Under the pieces are notes generated by a model. The model made no database searches. It saw nothing but the letters and a program-made list of their open reading frames with translations, and had not been told where the DNA came from. Of a DNA stretch of 42,429 nucleotides, positions 24,417 to 36,999 are shown piece after piece. The DNA is taken from positions 41,520,904-41,563,332 of the forward strand of contig NC_068988.1 in assembly GCF_001194135.2 (NCBI RefSeq), read 5' to 3'. The first letter of the stretch is position 1. The number at the start of each line of letters is the position of its first letter. Origin of the DNA: Octopus bimaculoides. Taxonomy: Eukaryota. Both the position numbers and the translations under genes were made by a program.

Positions 24417-25522
24417 GAAAGAGGAGGAGGAGTAAAGTGAGGAGGGGAGTGAAGAGGAGGAGGGAGAAAAGGAAGAAAATGGTGGAGTAGGGGAGGATCC
24501 TGGTCTTTGAAATTTTCGGATTATCGGGTAGTATCTTATAAGCTCGTATTTAAGACGGAATAAACATTAGATATATTGTTATAGTTTATTCATCAGCAAA
24601 CATAGCATACTTCATTTATCAAAACGAACAGTTTTCAAGAAAAATTAAGTTAACACTTGAAAAATATTTAAATTAACATTTTTCAATACAAAACATTCCT
24701 GTAATACTTGAAACTATGCATAAAAACGAACATTGTAAAGCAAAAATACAGTGAACAAAATGAAAGCTCAAATTATTTCCTACAAATTGATTATTTATTT
24801 TTAGTTTATTAACGAAATAGTTTCACACAAAATACAAAATACACTAGAATGAATAAATAATTACTTCGTTCATTTCTATGAATTCTGTATCATCTGCTGT
24901 ACTGCTTGTCGATAGAAAATTTGCATTGGTTAATATTTCCTAACTAAACTTAAATTCATTGCATGTCTTTCTTGTTTCCCAGCCAAAGTTTCTGAAGGCA
25001 AACACTTTCAGTAAACCCCTGTTTCATCCTCGTATTAGATTTGATCGGCTGTTAGATCAAATTTATTATGCAGATGAAATTTATTATCTATTTTCATTCA
25101 CAATTTTTTTTTTTTCAAATGTTTCGTTATATTTTCTTGTTAGTCGTGTATCAACCGTCTATTTCCTCCAGCTATATCCAACTAACTAATGTAATTACGT
25201 GTCTTGAAATTTCTAAGCTATGCAGCATCAAATGCGCACTGTGATTCATTGCTCATTTATTCTTTAAAAAATGCTCTGCTTTGGCAATATGCATCGTTTC
25301 AGGAAATTATCCATGTGAGCCAACATCAGATTATTTATGAAAAGCTGCTTGTATTTTTCTTTGTGAGAAAACAATAAGTTACCGGTGTTTCCCTTAACTC
25401 TAAATGCCTGAAACATTACATATCAATGTATGGTAATCAGCAATAACACTTGAAAATGCTACATAAGCCTCACAACTAACAACTTCAAGGTCCGATACTG
25501 CCAGTCTCTTACACTCTTGTAG

Positions 25523-25570
25523 CACCGGGATAAGGAACATTACCACACTATTTTAAAAAGTATGGAGACA
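25523..25570 (+). other. Candidate 48-nt symmetric exon (HRDKEHYHTILKSMET in phase 0)
   Basis: Acceptor tctcttacactcttgtAG, upstream ctaac branch-like motif and donor aca|GTAAGA. Only phase 0 is open. No homology was recognised. Confidence 0.3.
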
Positions 25571-25959
25571 GTAAGAAAGCAGTACAATCAACAACGTTCA
25601 CTGTAAGATCCAGGTTAGAAGAGCTCTATAAAGAATATTAGTTCCCATTCCCTGTAACCCGAGTTCAAATCCCACCAAGACCAACATTACTTTTTATTCG
25701 AAATGTAAGAATGTCGAACTAGATGCCATGCGGCATTTGTTCCGAAATTTGCGTTCTGAATTCGAATTGTAATTGACCTACTAGGGTGGTAAACTACTCC
25801 TATTTCAATATAATAACACCACTTGGCATCTTGTGTGTCCTTAAACGGAATTTACTTTGTTGCAAACATTCAGGCCAGGTCACCAGCTTGAGGATACTTT
25901 CATTTATTTCTTCCACCATTCACGAAGGCCCCTGTAGAAACATTATAGACACTACTTTA

Positions 25960-27560
25960 AGCATGCATTTAAGCATTGAAATTATCTCATTACCTCTTAT
26001 TTAGGGTCTAATGTAGTCCACTGTGATGCATGCAGCAAATTTCGGAAAACTTTGATTTGTAGTACAGTCTTATTATTTCCCATTTTATGTTCGCAGCTAT
26101 ATTGTTTTCTTTTAACTACAAGATATACTTAAATTAAGATATTTTTATTCCTTACATATTTCATAACGAATTCGTGTGTTGTCTTTTTAAAGTTTTTCCT
26201 CGGAACACCAATGTACTTCTTTTTCGTGTTTGTTCCTTAGTATTCTGTAGTTTAATGATTGTATGATGTATTAAATTTTTCACGCAACTGTAGCTAATTT
26301 TCATATAATTCCTGTTGAACAGTTTGTGGAAATTATGTTTGGTTGGGAAGTGTTTACTAATACATATTAAGAAAGCATGTTATATGTGTTCTTATGTTTA
26401 GGCTGAAAGAGTGATTGAACCAACCGATTTTGCCTTTTCTGATAATTTTTGTTTTATGCTGGTTTTGTGGGATTTTGGTTATATTAGTGTTTGTCTTTGA
26501 ATCTTATTGTTTTAAGACTTTCATATAGAATTAGTGTGCAATTTGGTCCGATAATTCTTTGCCCGGGGAAATTCTGAAAGTTCTTTTGTATTACGGACTG
26601 AAGTTTTCATTATCGATGGCAGATAGTTAGAATGTATATCTATATATGAACACAGCTCGTTTGGTTTTCTGTGTCGGTAATATTTTCCGGTGTTTAGATA
26701 TAATGCTATATCGAAATAATCTACAGACCTTCATTATGTTCATATTAAATCCATGTCCATCTATATGTTGTGAGATGGCAAAGTCATAATCTCCTTTTAG
26801 ATCTATACTGGATTTCATAGATAATTTACTCATTTGTTCAAGAATGTATAGCACGTGCTTGCATATCTCAGCTCCGTTGAGAAGTTAATCACTTTCTTTT
26901 TATACTCAAGGAGGGAAATAAAAGAGAAGGCACTTTCTGCATGCACAAATATGTTCATTTGTTATTTTTTGATGGTGAATAATCTCCTATAAAAATCTTG
27001 TGTTGTTAATAGTAGGAGTTTTCCGATAGATAGATGAATAATCAACGTGATCGAATATTATGAATTTATACTACGTTTTTGCCTTTTATTTGTTTGAAAC
27101 AGTCAACACTGAGTATATTATTGTTCTAATGTATAAGTACGGTTTTCTTGACTTATTTTAAAGCTGATGCTTCCTGGCACTCTTTTGTTCAGCATACCTA
27201 CTTCCCTTTCTTGTTGCTTATTAATCTGTATTTAGGGTCTACTAAAGCGTTAAGGTTGTGATCCTTCAGTGTTACATACCTTTCTCTTTTTACTAGGCAT
27301 TCATTGTCATCTGTTTGTAATTTTGGTGCAAATTCTTTTACTTGTCTGTTTATTGTATTGCATATGTTCTGATTTGAATTTTGCATGTTTTGTTACGTAG
27401 TAATTGAAGAATTTTTCGTGGGTGTCTTACAGCGTTATATAGAGGTATTAGGCATTCTCTGAAAATTTAAGATTTTCCTGGGCTTGACTCTGATTCTAAT
27501 TTCATATATGTATGTATCTTATTGCTGAAGACATTATTTTAGTTATAAATCTAGCCGTCT
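25960..27560 (-). mobile_element. Decayed Penelope-like element (RT plus GIY-YIG endonuclease)
   Basis: Motifs occur in order: YVTLKDH..DPKYRLI (27198-27386), KFIIFDHVDYSSI, GDYDFAI (the YRDD position), VDYFDIALYLNTGKYYRHRKPN..HSNYLPSI, KHFP..FHKLFNRNYMKISYSC, KYIGV..FK, LKENN..IKWEII and LNKR.E. Confidence 0.85.
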
Positions 27561-27884
27561 GTATTATACCTGTGATGTTTCATACAATTATCTCGAGCTC
27601 TTTAAAATGAGTGGGGCAGTTTCAGAGTTTTTTTTAACTCTCACTCTCTTCCTTTTTGTTTTAGACATATATGTATATGAATAAATGCGCATGTGCGTGT
27701 GTATGTGTGAATGCCATGCGTGCCAGTATGTATGTGTGTGTAAATGTGTTATCATTTAAGCACATATGTTTCATGATATCGACCTGGGAGTTCATTGTAT
27801 TCACTCACGAATAGAAAAGAATTACGATATAAAATATGCATACATACATATACATATACACGTATGTATATGTATATATACATG

Positions 27885-27917
<33 letters not shown>

Positions 27918-27964
27918 GTATATATATGTATATATATATTTATACATATATATATATATATGTG

Positions 27965-28037
<73 letters not shown>

Positions 28038-28779
28038 NNNNNNNNNNNNNNNNNNNNNNNNNNNNNNNNNNNNNNNNNNNNNNNNNNNNNNNNNNNNNNN
28101 NNNNNNNNNNNNNNNNNNNNNNNNNNNNNNNNNNNNNNNNNNNNNNNNNNNNNNNNNNNNNNNTATATATATATATATATATATATCAGATCATATCATA
28201 TATCATATATCATATATAACGCAAACAATAGAATGTTCCCTAATGAGCATACGCAGGGATGTTGCTGTGTGTATTTGATTTTGTAATATCGTTTCTATGG
28301 TGACCGAAAAGCGTTCCATCATCTGAAGATTGATTATGCATTACAGGATGGTCAACAAACTGAACAGTCCACAATCCACTAATATAGCCGATCACGCGCA
28401 CCACCGAGATACCCACCAAAGCTTGCCTTATGAATATGTAAATACCTACACACAAAAATACATATCGAGTCGTCCTCTTGTGCGCAAGTGCGTGTCTGTG
28501 TCTGCTGGGACATGTACGTAGATATTTGAGTGTTGTATGCCTGTGAGATATGTGTGCGTGTGTGTGAGTGTATGTACTGTGTTGGGTCATGTGTGTGGAT
28601 AATAGATGTGTATACCTGTGGAATGTGTGTACGCATGTGGATAGAGTGTGTGCGTGCGTGCGTGAGTGTATGCAATAATTTGTGTGCAGGTATATTTGAT
28701 ATTTGTTTGAGTGAGAGTATGATGAAAGCTTGTAGCAATGACAGTACGTGATGATGGGAGCGTGTATGTTCTTAATATT

Positions 28780-28970
28780 CGATAGTGTGTGTGTGTGCGT
28801 GTGTGTGAGTGTTTGTGTAGCTGCGTCTGCGAGTGTAAGTGCATTATGATGTGTATGTGTGTGAAATTGGTGATAATATCTGTGATGGTGTATATGTATG
28901 CTTGTGAAATCTACGTTTCTGTATCTGTGTGTGTTAAAGTGAGTGTGTGTGTGAGTGTGTGTATGTGTGA

Positions 28971-29056
<86 letters not shown>

Positions 29057-29150
29057 ACTATAGCGAGAATGTGTATGATATTGAGTATATCTGCCTGAGT
29101 GTTAGTGTAAAAGTGAGATTGAGTTTATGTCTGTGTGTTTGTGTGTATGT

Positions 29151-29186
<36 letters not shown>

Positions 29187-29533
29187 TTGTGTGGTTGAGT
29201 GTGTTAGTGAGAGTTCTGTGATAGCTAACGACAAATTTAAATATTTAGTTTTTATATTCGGTTTTATGGCAGAATGAGTTCGCATCTACTACCACCACTC
29301 CTACAATAAATACTCCTTTTATAATAAATGTTGTTGCTGTTGCTGCTGCTGCAACAACAACAACAACAACTACTACTACTACTACTACTACTACTGTCCT
29401 ATGCACTACCTCCACCACTATTACAACGACCACGAACACCACGTTCACTGCCACCACATTGCCACGATTATAACCACCAACTCTACCACCACTGCCACCA
29501 CCACTGCCACCACCACCATCACCACAGCTACTG

Positions 29534-29583
<50 letters not shown>
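28780..29583. repeat. (TG)n block and compound (CAA/CTA/CCA)n trinucleotide array
   Basis: Seen directly. Confidence 0.93.
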
Positions 29584-29584
<1 letters not shown>

Positions 29585-30206
29585 GAGTAAATATTGATTT
29601 TCTGTTTTATCACAACACAAAGATAGATATTTTAGATCAAAGTTAGATATAATCGATATCGATAGAATCGATTAGAACACGCAGTATATTACTAGTACGT
29701 CTTTCATCCACGGTGAGGTTGGGAGATGAAAAGGCTAAGTCACCTCACTCTCCGCCCACTTCTTCACATATTTACATAGAATAGAAAGTCGGTAAATACC
29801 GCAAGTTATTTAGACAGGTGCTCGACTAGCTCTGTCAGCCCACAAATATTCACATGAGCGAAGAGTCGTTTGCTGACATAATCATTGGTCACTAATGCAC
29901 TGGACATATTAGAGACCAATAAAACCAGTATGTTTCTGGTAACTAGACATTACTGACATCATGTAAAATGAATATATAGAATGTCTGTGTGTGTGTGTAT
30001 TTGTACATATATGCATATATAAATACATGTATATAAATATATATATAAATATATGAAACTTGGCTCTTTTCCCTAAAACTATATATTTATATATATTTTA
30101 ATCTGTAAAGCTCAAATTGATTTTAATTGAGTTTTTACCTGTAATTTTGGATTTTGTCCCTAATATTATTATAAATACATTTATTTTTATATATATATAT
30201 ATATAT

Positions 30207-30262
<56 letters not shown>

Positions 30263-30264
<2 letters not shown>

Positions 30265-30656
30265 TGCCTTCTAATTGATGTTTCAATACCAGCAGATGAC
30301 AACGTTTCTCTAAAAGAAATGGAAAAACTNNNNNNNNNNNNNNNNNNNNNNNNNNNNNNNNNNNNNNNNNNNNNNNNNNNNNNNNNNNNNNNNNNNNNNN
30401 NNNNNNNNNNNNNNNATAGTAGGTGCCTTAGGTATAATAAAAAAATATTCAGACAAATACATAACAAAAACACCAGGACTTACAAATATATATAACATAC
30501 AGAAAATTGCACTACTGGGTACTGCACACATTCTACGCAAAACACTTTCAATACAGTAAACATAAGAGCACCACAGCAAACCACAGCACATACCCAAGGC
30601 GCACAGAGCTGCGCTCGGTAGTGAAGTGAAAGCACGTTATAAAAATAAAACTACTG
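30263..30656 (+). mobile_element. Young 5'-truncated R4/Dong-like REL fragment inserted within (TAA)n, copy F
   Basis: It reads KCLLIDVSIPADDNVSLKEMEK, then an 86-N gap, then IVGALGIIKKYSDKYITKTPGLTNIYNIQKIALLGTAHILRKTLSIQ* (stop at 30557-30559) with no lesions. (TAA)n lies on both sides, at 30209-30262 and 30657-30752. Confidence 0.92.
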
Positions 30657-30699
30657 AATAATATTAATAATAATAATAATGATGATAATAATAATAATG

Positions 30700-30753
<54 letters not shown>

Positions 30754-30834
30754 TGACAACAAAAGAATGAATGAGACCTCGATATGTAAAATAGAGGAAT
30801 TTATCTATAAATATAATATGTGACAATTAATTGG

Positions 30835-30909
30835 TTGTCATAATAAAACTCAGAGTTTCGGATGCTGGGACTGAAGTCTGTTCCGGCATCTTATCAGTTA
30901 TTAAGACAA
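30835..30909 (-). ncRNA. Type I hammerhead ribozyme-like motif with G8A core variant (activity uncertain)
   Basis: The minus strand reads ttgtc-t-taataa CTGATAA gatgccgg[aacagacttcagtc]ccagcatc c GAAA ct[ctg]ag TT ttatta-t-gacaa. Stem I has 11 bp with one T.T mismatch, stem II has 7 of 8 pairs, stem III has 3 bp, and the triplet is GUU. Confidence 0.7.
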
Positions 30910-31432
30910 ACGCTATGAATAAAAAAACCGTTGAATAAAGGGAAATTACTCCAATAGGCATGGTGAAAGTAATACTTCATTCATAGAATCCGCATATGCA
31001 CACCCATGCACACACACATACACATACGCACACACACACATGTATGTATGCATATCTATATACATTCTCATACTCGCGTGTACATATACATACAAACACA
31101 CATATATACATATATATATCTACGCATACACATGCATATATACCCATGCACGCATTACTAAGCTCATATACAAATCTCTACACGCACACACACATATATA
31201 CGCGGATAGACGTATATACAAATAATAACACATACGCAAAAAGCATAAACCGTAAAACATTCACATTCGCCGCAAAACTTGAATATACAAACGAGTTATA
31301 TGTGTATATATACACAAATACACCCTCCTGTCTGTCAAACACATCTACATCTGTAGATATATAAACGTATATACATACATCTATGTATGAAGGAAGGAGA
31401 ACATTACAACAGGTATATATACAATCATTCGT

Positions 31433-31496
<64 letters not shown>

Positions 31497-32984
31497 GCAC
31501 GCACATACATTAGGTATATTTTAGGTATATACTACACGCATATAAGTTACACAATTATAAAAGGTGAAAAATAATATACAGATAAAGTATATAAAGTAAT
31601 AAAATATATATAAGAAATATATGAGATGTTAAGACATATGAAAGGCTTGTACGTGGACATAATAAAAAAGCAGATTCTACCTGTGATCTTGGGTGGGGCC
31701 AAAAACGTAGCAAATGTTTTGCTATATGTGGACATGACCCAAAAAGTTCGGTTCTTGAATTTAGACATGTATATATATTCCAGTCATCAGCTGCTATACG
31801 GATATCACAATGGTTTCGACACCTGGGCTATCCCATTCAGTCCAGCGGTGTCAACAACGTTAAAAACACAAACGCTGTCTGGGAATCAATGATAATCAGC
31901 AGGAGGGAAACATTAGCACAGTATGTCAATTAATCCAGCACCAAATTAAACAGTTAGGCTTAATTTATAGTCATAGAAGAGCATCTATGAAACTGAGAAA
32001 TTACTCCCCAAAAGACATGATCTTAAAATTATAATACAAAAGAACAAGTGAACTAAACATATCAAAGAAAGAAGCTACTCGACCATTGATACTCGACATG
32101 ATAATACCAACCCAAGGAACAGCAAACCAAGGACCTCAAATATAGACTATTACTGAATGCTTTGTTTTTTTATTCAATATGAAACCACACCAAAAGCAAG
32201 CCTAATAAAAACTATTGGAACATTATATCATATAACGAACATCGTCGAACAATAAATGAATACGCTGTAAAAGACAAGTATAGATCAATATCTATAAATT
32301 ATAGGCTCGAAATTATAAAATAAGTTAACGGAATAAATTGCTAATTAAACGTAAAATGAAGTAAAAAATAATTTAAATTAAAGTTACAATGGAATTAAAT
32401 TTAAAATTATATATAAAATTATCGAAAACAAGGTAAAAACAACATGCCTAAAATAATATATAAGACAAGCGAAAAACTACATAACTAAAATAAATTATAA
32501 TAAAACGTCCTAATTACGAAGAGACTAAATAGTCTGATCCGTTATTAATTAAACGGCTACCGTTATCGTTACCTGGGAACAACTCAAACTACACATGAAA
32601 TATAGCATAAATATATATGGAGTTTAAATCAAGATATACACTTAAGACCTATAACAAATTTTAAGTTATTAAAACAAAATTACTATAAAATTATTCTATA
32701 TATAGCAAAAGTCCACGTAACGCAGAAATATTATCGGAAACCATACTTATGTCTTTAACCTACTGCTGCCAAGAAACCAGAATACCGTTATCTCTCATCA
32801 GGCGGAAGTCAATCGCAACGGAAGTGAGGCTGTACACAACATATGTATATATACACACACATACATACAAGCGCGCACACAGACACACACACACACATAT
32901 AGCTATATATGCAAATAATAATACGTATGTATTTATATCATCTATATGTATATATATAGATAAATATGTATGTATACACTCATG

Positions 32985-32989
<5 letters not shown>

Positions 32990-33050
<61 letters not shown>

Positions 33051-33078
33051 TATAGATAGATAGATAGATAGATAGATG

Positions 33079-33130
<52 letters not shown>
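32990..33130. repeat. (TA)n followed by (GATA)n
   Basis: Seen directly. Confidence 0.96.
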
Positions 33131-33699
33131 TTCTGTCTCAATAAACTGTATTGAAATTAAAATAATATGCATATATATATACATGCATATATAAATATAT
33201 ACATACGTTACATAAACATACATATATATATATATATAAACACATATACACACATACATCCTCACGTATGTATAAATTATACTTACACATGTATAGGTTT
33301 GAATACTGTTTTGGTTTCAATACAGCTTATTGAGATAGAATGTATTTGGAAATCCATACGACTTCTTAAAACTGTTTGAAGATAACTATTATTCAAAACT
33401 ATCACTTGGTTTTATCTTTAAGCTCTAGCTCTTTCTTCCCCATTGAATTCATGTATATTATATTTTTATATGTATTTTAAACACTTTCGGAAAAAATATA
33501 TTCAAATTCTTAACACCTCTAAATCCATTTCTTGTCATTTGTTTACATTAAGGATGGTCAATTCCTTAAACTTACATCAAGCATCTTAACTGATACGATA
33601 TCAAATATATTTGTTTATATTTATCATTATTAATATTTATTGTTAATGACCTTACCAAGCTAATTTTATCTAGGATCAGTCTTCCACATATTGTATATA

Positions 33700-34790
33700 C
33701 AAAGAAAAATCTTGTCTGATGGATCCTCTGTACTATGAAATCTTTTTTGTTCCTGGCACTGGTATTTCACCACTTGGTGCCACAGTTGTCAGGATGTAGT
33801 CGCCTTTCTCAGACTAACTCTGCAGCTACCTGGTGCTTCCAGTATATTTCCGCTTATTTCACAACATTCTGGAACTTACACTTCCTGCTGCCATTTATGG
33901 TCTTATTAGGGTGTCTGACTCTCCCATCCTCTGCTACTAGCTATGCATTGACTGCTTTTACCTCAGTGGTTTTGAAATTAATCTACCAGGGATGGAATTG
34001 GTAGACAGAGTTTTGAGGTCCTCCTGTACGGATTGACTGAATTAAGGGGAAACGCCTAGCCACATTGGCACGAACTTACTGCACAATCTCTCCATTGCCT
34101 CTACCGGGGTTATGGAAAAGTCAAGAATGGCAAAAGCAATCTGGGAATAATGTACAATACTTTAAGCATCCCAAGAAGTTAATTTTTGTCAACAACTCTG
34201 AGTTAGTTGCTTAGTTCGGTGCCAATGTCTTTGACATTGCCTTTGTTTTTCAAAATACTGTCATAATTCTTCCTAATGCACGAAATTCGTTTTTCCTGAT
34301 TTGTTGGTATCTCAAACCTCTACATGTTGAAAATATTGTCAGCCTTCCTTGCAGAGTATTCGAGCTCCGAGATTTCCTTAGATTGGATTTTATATGTGAC
34401 GATGTGGCCATTTCTTCAGTAAGCTCATAGCATGCCATTTTCCTTGGATAGATGATGTCATAAATGCAGAGTGGACAGCTTGTATAATCATTAGTTTCAG
34501 GTTTACTAGACTGCTTTATTTCCACCTCTAGTCGTAGATTCATGGCTACTACAAACAAGACTACGATTATTGTATACCCTGCAATTATGACCCTTTAAAA
34601 TCTGCTATTTGGCAATGAAATTTCCCTCAGTTAAATTTGTCTTCTGCGAATCTATGTGCGACATCGCGAGTTTTACTGCTACTCTGTACTACTTTGTAGT
34701 ACTCCAACGCACTTTGCGTACGTTGGTGGAGAACATTTGGCTAGGCTTTGACTTACAGTCTGCTGTTCCCATTGCTTCCTTAATGATATG
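33700..34790 (-). mobile_element. Decayed Hero-like (R2-group) non-LTR retrotransposon RT/thumb fragment
   Basis: Frameshifted motifs occur in order: ALEYYKV, IIAGYTIIVVLFVVAM, AFM(D)DI, LRKSRS, EIPT..KNYDSIL, VDKN*LLGMLKVLYIIPRLLLPFL, EAMERLCSKFVPMWLGVSP, FKTTEVK and GSRK..VVK*AE. These match my recollection of Hero-clade consensus motifs such as IDKSGLPGKFK..ILPRLLWPL and RRWLGLP. Confidence 0.7.
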
Positions 34791-35154
34791 ACTGATTGCT
34801 GATGTATATACATTGGTAATTAGAAAATATGTAACAAGTATATACAATACTGGAGCAGATTGCCTATTGGGAGGTTGATAACCGGTGATAAATTAAGCTT
34901 ATATTAAAAATATTACAAGGGTGAATAAAACGGTGGAATACTGCAGATGGGTTAAATGCTATGTTTATATCTATGAAATTGCTAACGAATGGTGAAATTG
35001 GAAATATTTAATATAGAACTTAAATACAAATACGCAGGAATAATAACAGGAAAATATTAAGTGGTTCACACCTCCATACGAGATTAACATTGTCACATTT
35101 ATAGACAAGACTTCCTTGAGACTTTTTGATTAAACCCGCAGACATATATGTTTG

Positions 35155-35409
<255 letters not shown>

Positions 35410-35744
35410 AGCAGAACGTTTCTTTTATCCTTTCCTTCTCTCCCCCATTTTTACACATAACAAAAAGGAAACACATTTGCGTAGGTAGAAGCATCGAGTT
35501 TGGTTGTTTAATCAACTAAGATACCTCGTTGAGTAAGTACATCAATGGCTGTATAATCTACAGATATGAATACTCTTAACATAACCTTCAAAGTAAGTAC
35601 AGAACAGCGTATGATAAAGTTGGTCCTTTGAAATACAGGTGTAGTCACACCGACGTGATGCTGCTCAGTTTTATTCTATCCATTTTCATTCAAAGTTCTC
35701 ACGTAAATCCGAGAAACAGTAAAAAAAAAAAAGAAAAAATCCAA

Positions 35745-35821
35745 GATGCTACACTTTGAAATCGAACCCGGGCTGTTTTAGTTACGAAGCAAAACCCTGA
35801 AGCATTTGACCATGCAGCATC
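35745..35821 (-). pseudogene. tRNA-like relic (pseudo-tRNA or isolated SINE head; anticodon position reads CGT)
   Basis: The 77-nt segment has paired ends (gatgctgcat/gtgtagcatc), an A-box-like tggtcaaatg, a loop ttcgtaa and a B-box-like gggttcgatt, and is followed by a T-run. The T and anticodon stems are broken. Confidence 0.45.
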
Positions 35822-35940
35822 TAAATGATGAACAAAACTATTGACGTATCGGACCATGTAGCTTTCATATACCGGACAAATTCTTTGTAGTTTTACCGAA
35901 CTAAATGAGCATTTTATGCACATACGCACGCACGCACGCA

Positions 35941-35977
<37 letters not shown>

Positions 35978-36061
35978 CTTAAGCAACTGTTCTACCTTTC
36001 CAACGATGCCATGCCCTGAGAGGATTCATTGGAGTAGCTAAAGTTGCAAGAAAGTGATTGC

Positions 36062-36999
36062 AGTGTGCTGATTCTTATCAGCCAAAAACTGAAGCAAGTG
36101 CGATTTCAGGTCATCATCATTATTGAAAGTTTTATCATTCAAAGAAGATTGTTTCCTACAGTTTCATTAGTTGTTGACAGTAAACATCTGAATTAATCGT
36201 TTGGTTCTATGGAAGCAGCTCAAAATACACAACTTTGTAATCCCACTAAATTGACAGCATGACCGCTTTTAATGCAATTCAGCTTTCGATGTGGTTTGTG
36301 GTGGTTAATTACGCTTGGACCATGATCGTTTTGATTGATGTTATTGTAGACAACGCATTCTTCATCTCCAGTGATGATTCGTTTAAAAAGAGGTCGATTT
36401 CATTGCTTTTGAGATGCATATCACAGATATTGATTCGTCGTGTGAAGTGAATCTCTAAATTTACGTGGAGCCCAAATATTGAGCTTCTTAACGAGTCCAA
36501 GACATTTTAAGTGATTTTTAATTGTTGTGTATGATACATTTAACTTCTCTGCAATCTCTCGCACAGCTATATGACAATCAAATTCAAATATGGCTTTGAT
36601 TCGGCCATCATCAACAGCAGTAGGTCGACCAGAACGTTGGTCATATTTGAGTGAAAAATCTCCAGAAAGGAGATTTTTGAAACTATTTGTGATATGTGCG
36701 TTTTGTTAAGCAATCAACACCACAAACTTCACATATCACTTTGTGAGCCTCAGCAGCTTTCTTGCTTTTACGGAAATAAAAAAGCGAATCATGGCGAAGA
36801 TGTTCATTCTTGCACTCCGTGTTAAAATTGACACTGAACTAAAAGCTGTAAATAAAATTACGCGCAACCTGCTTCTAAAGTATGCTAAAGGTAATGGCTA
36901 TCAGACATCAAAAGGAAAAAATCATAACATTGACAAAAGTCATTAAAAAAAATCGTAACTCTAATTGCACAAAACGAAATTACTTTCTTGGCAATCCAA
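36062..36999 (-). mobile_element. Decayed mariner element with 5' TIR, internal deletion and missing 3' end
   Basis: The TIR ttggattgccaagaaagtaatttcgtttt sits next to TA at 37000-37001. Translation gives KKAAEAH, RSGRP, REIAEKL, KKLNIWAP, RRINICD..KRIITGDE, WDYKVVYFELLP.NQTINSDVYCQQL, then jumps to SLNDKTFNNDDDLKSHL. Confidence 0.88.

Noticed and set aside
28291-28440. RFX X-box match GTTTCTATGGTGAC (28291-28304) and nearby open frames such as ASFGGYL
   Set aside because: The degenerate X-box consensus is expected a few times by chance in both strands of this window. The frames stop quickly or show no family similarity.
31785-31830. Minus-strand GAAAC..GTA..CTGATGA
   Set aside because: The order is permuted and stems I and III cannot form.
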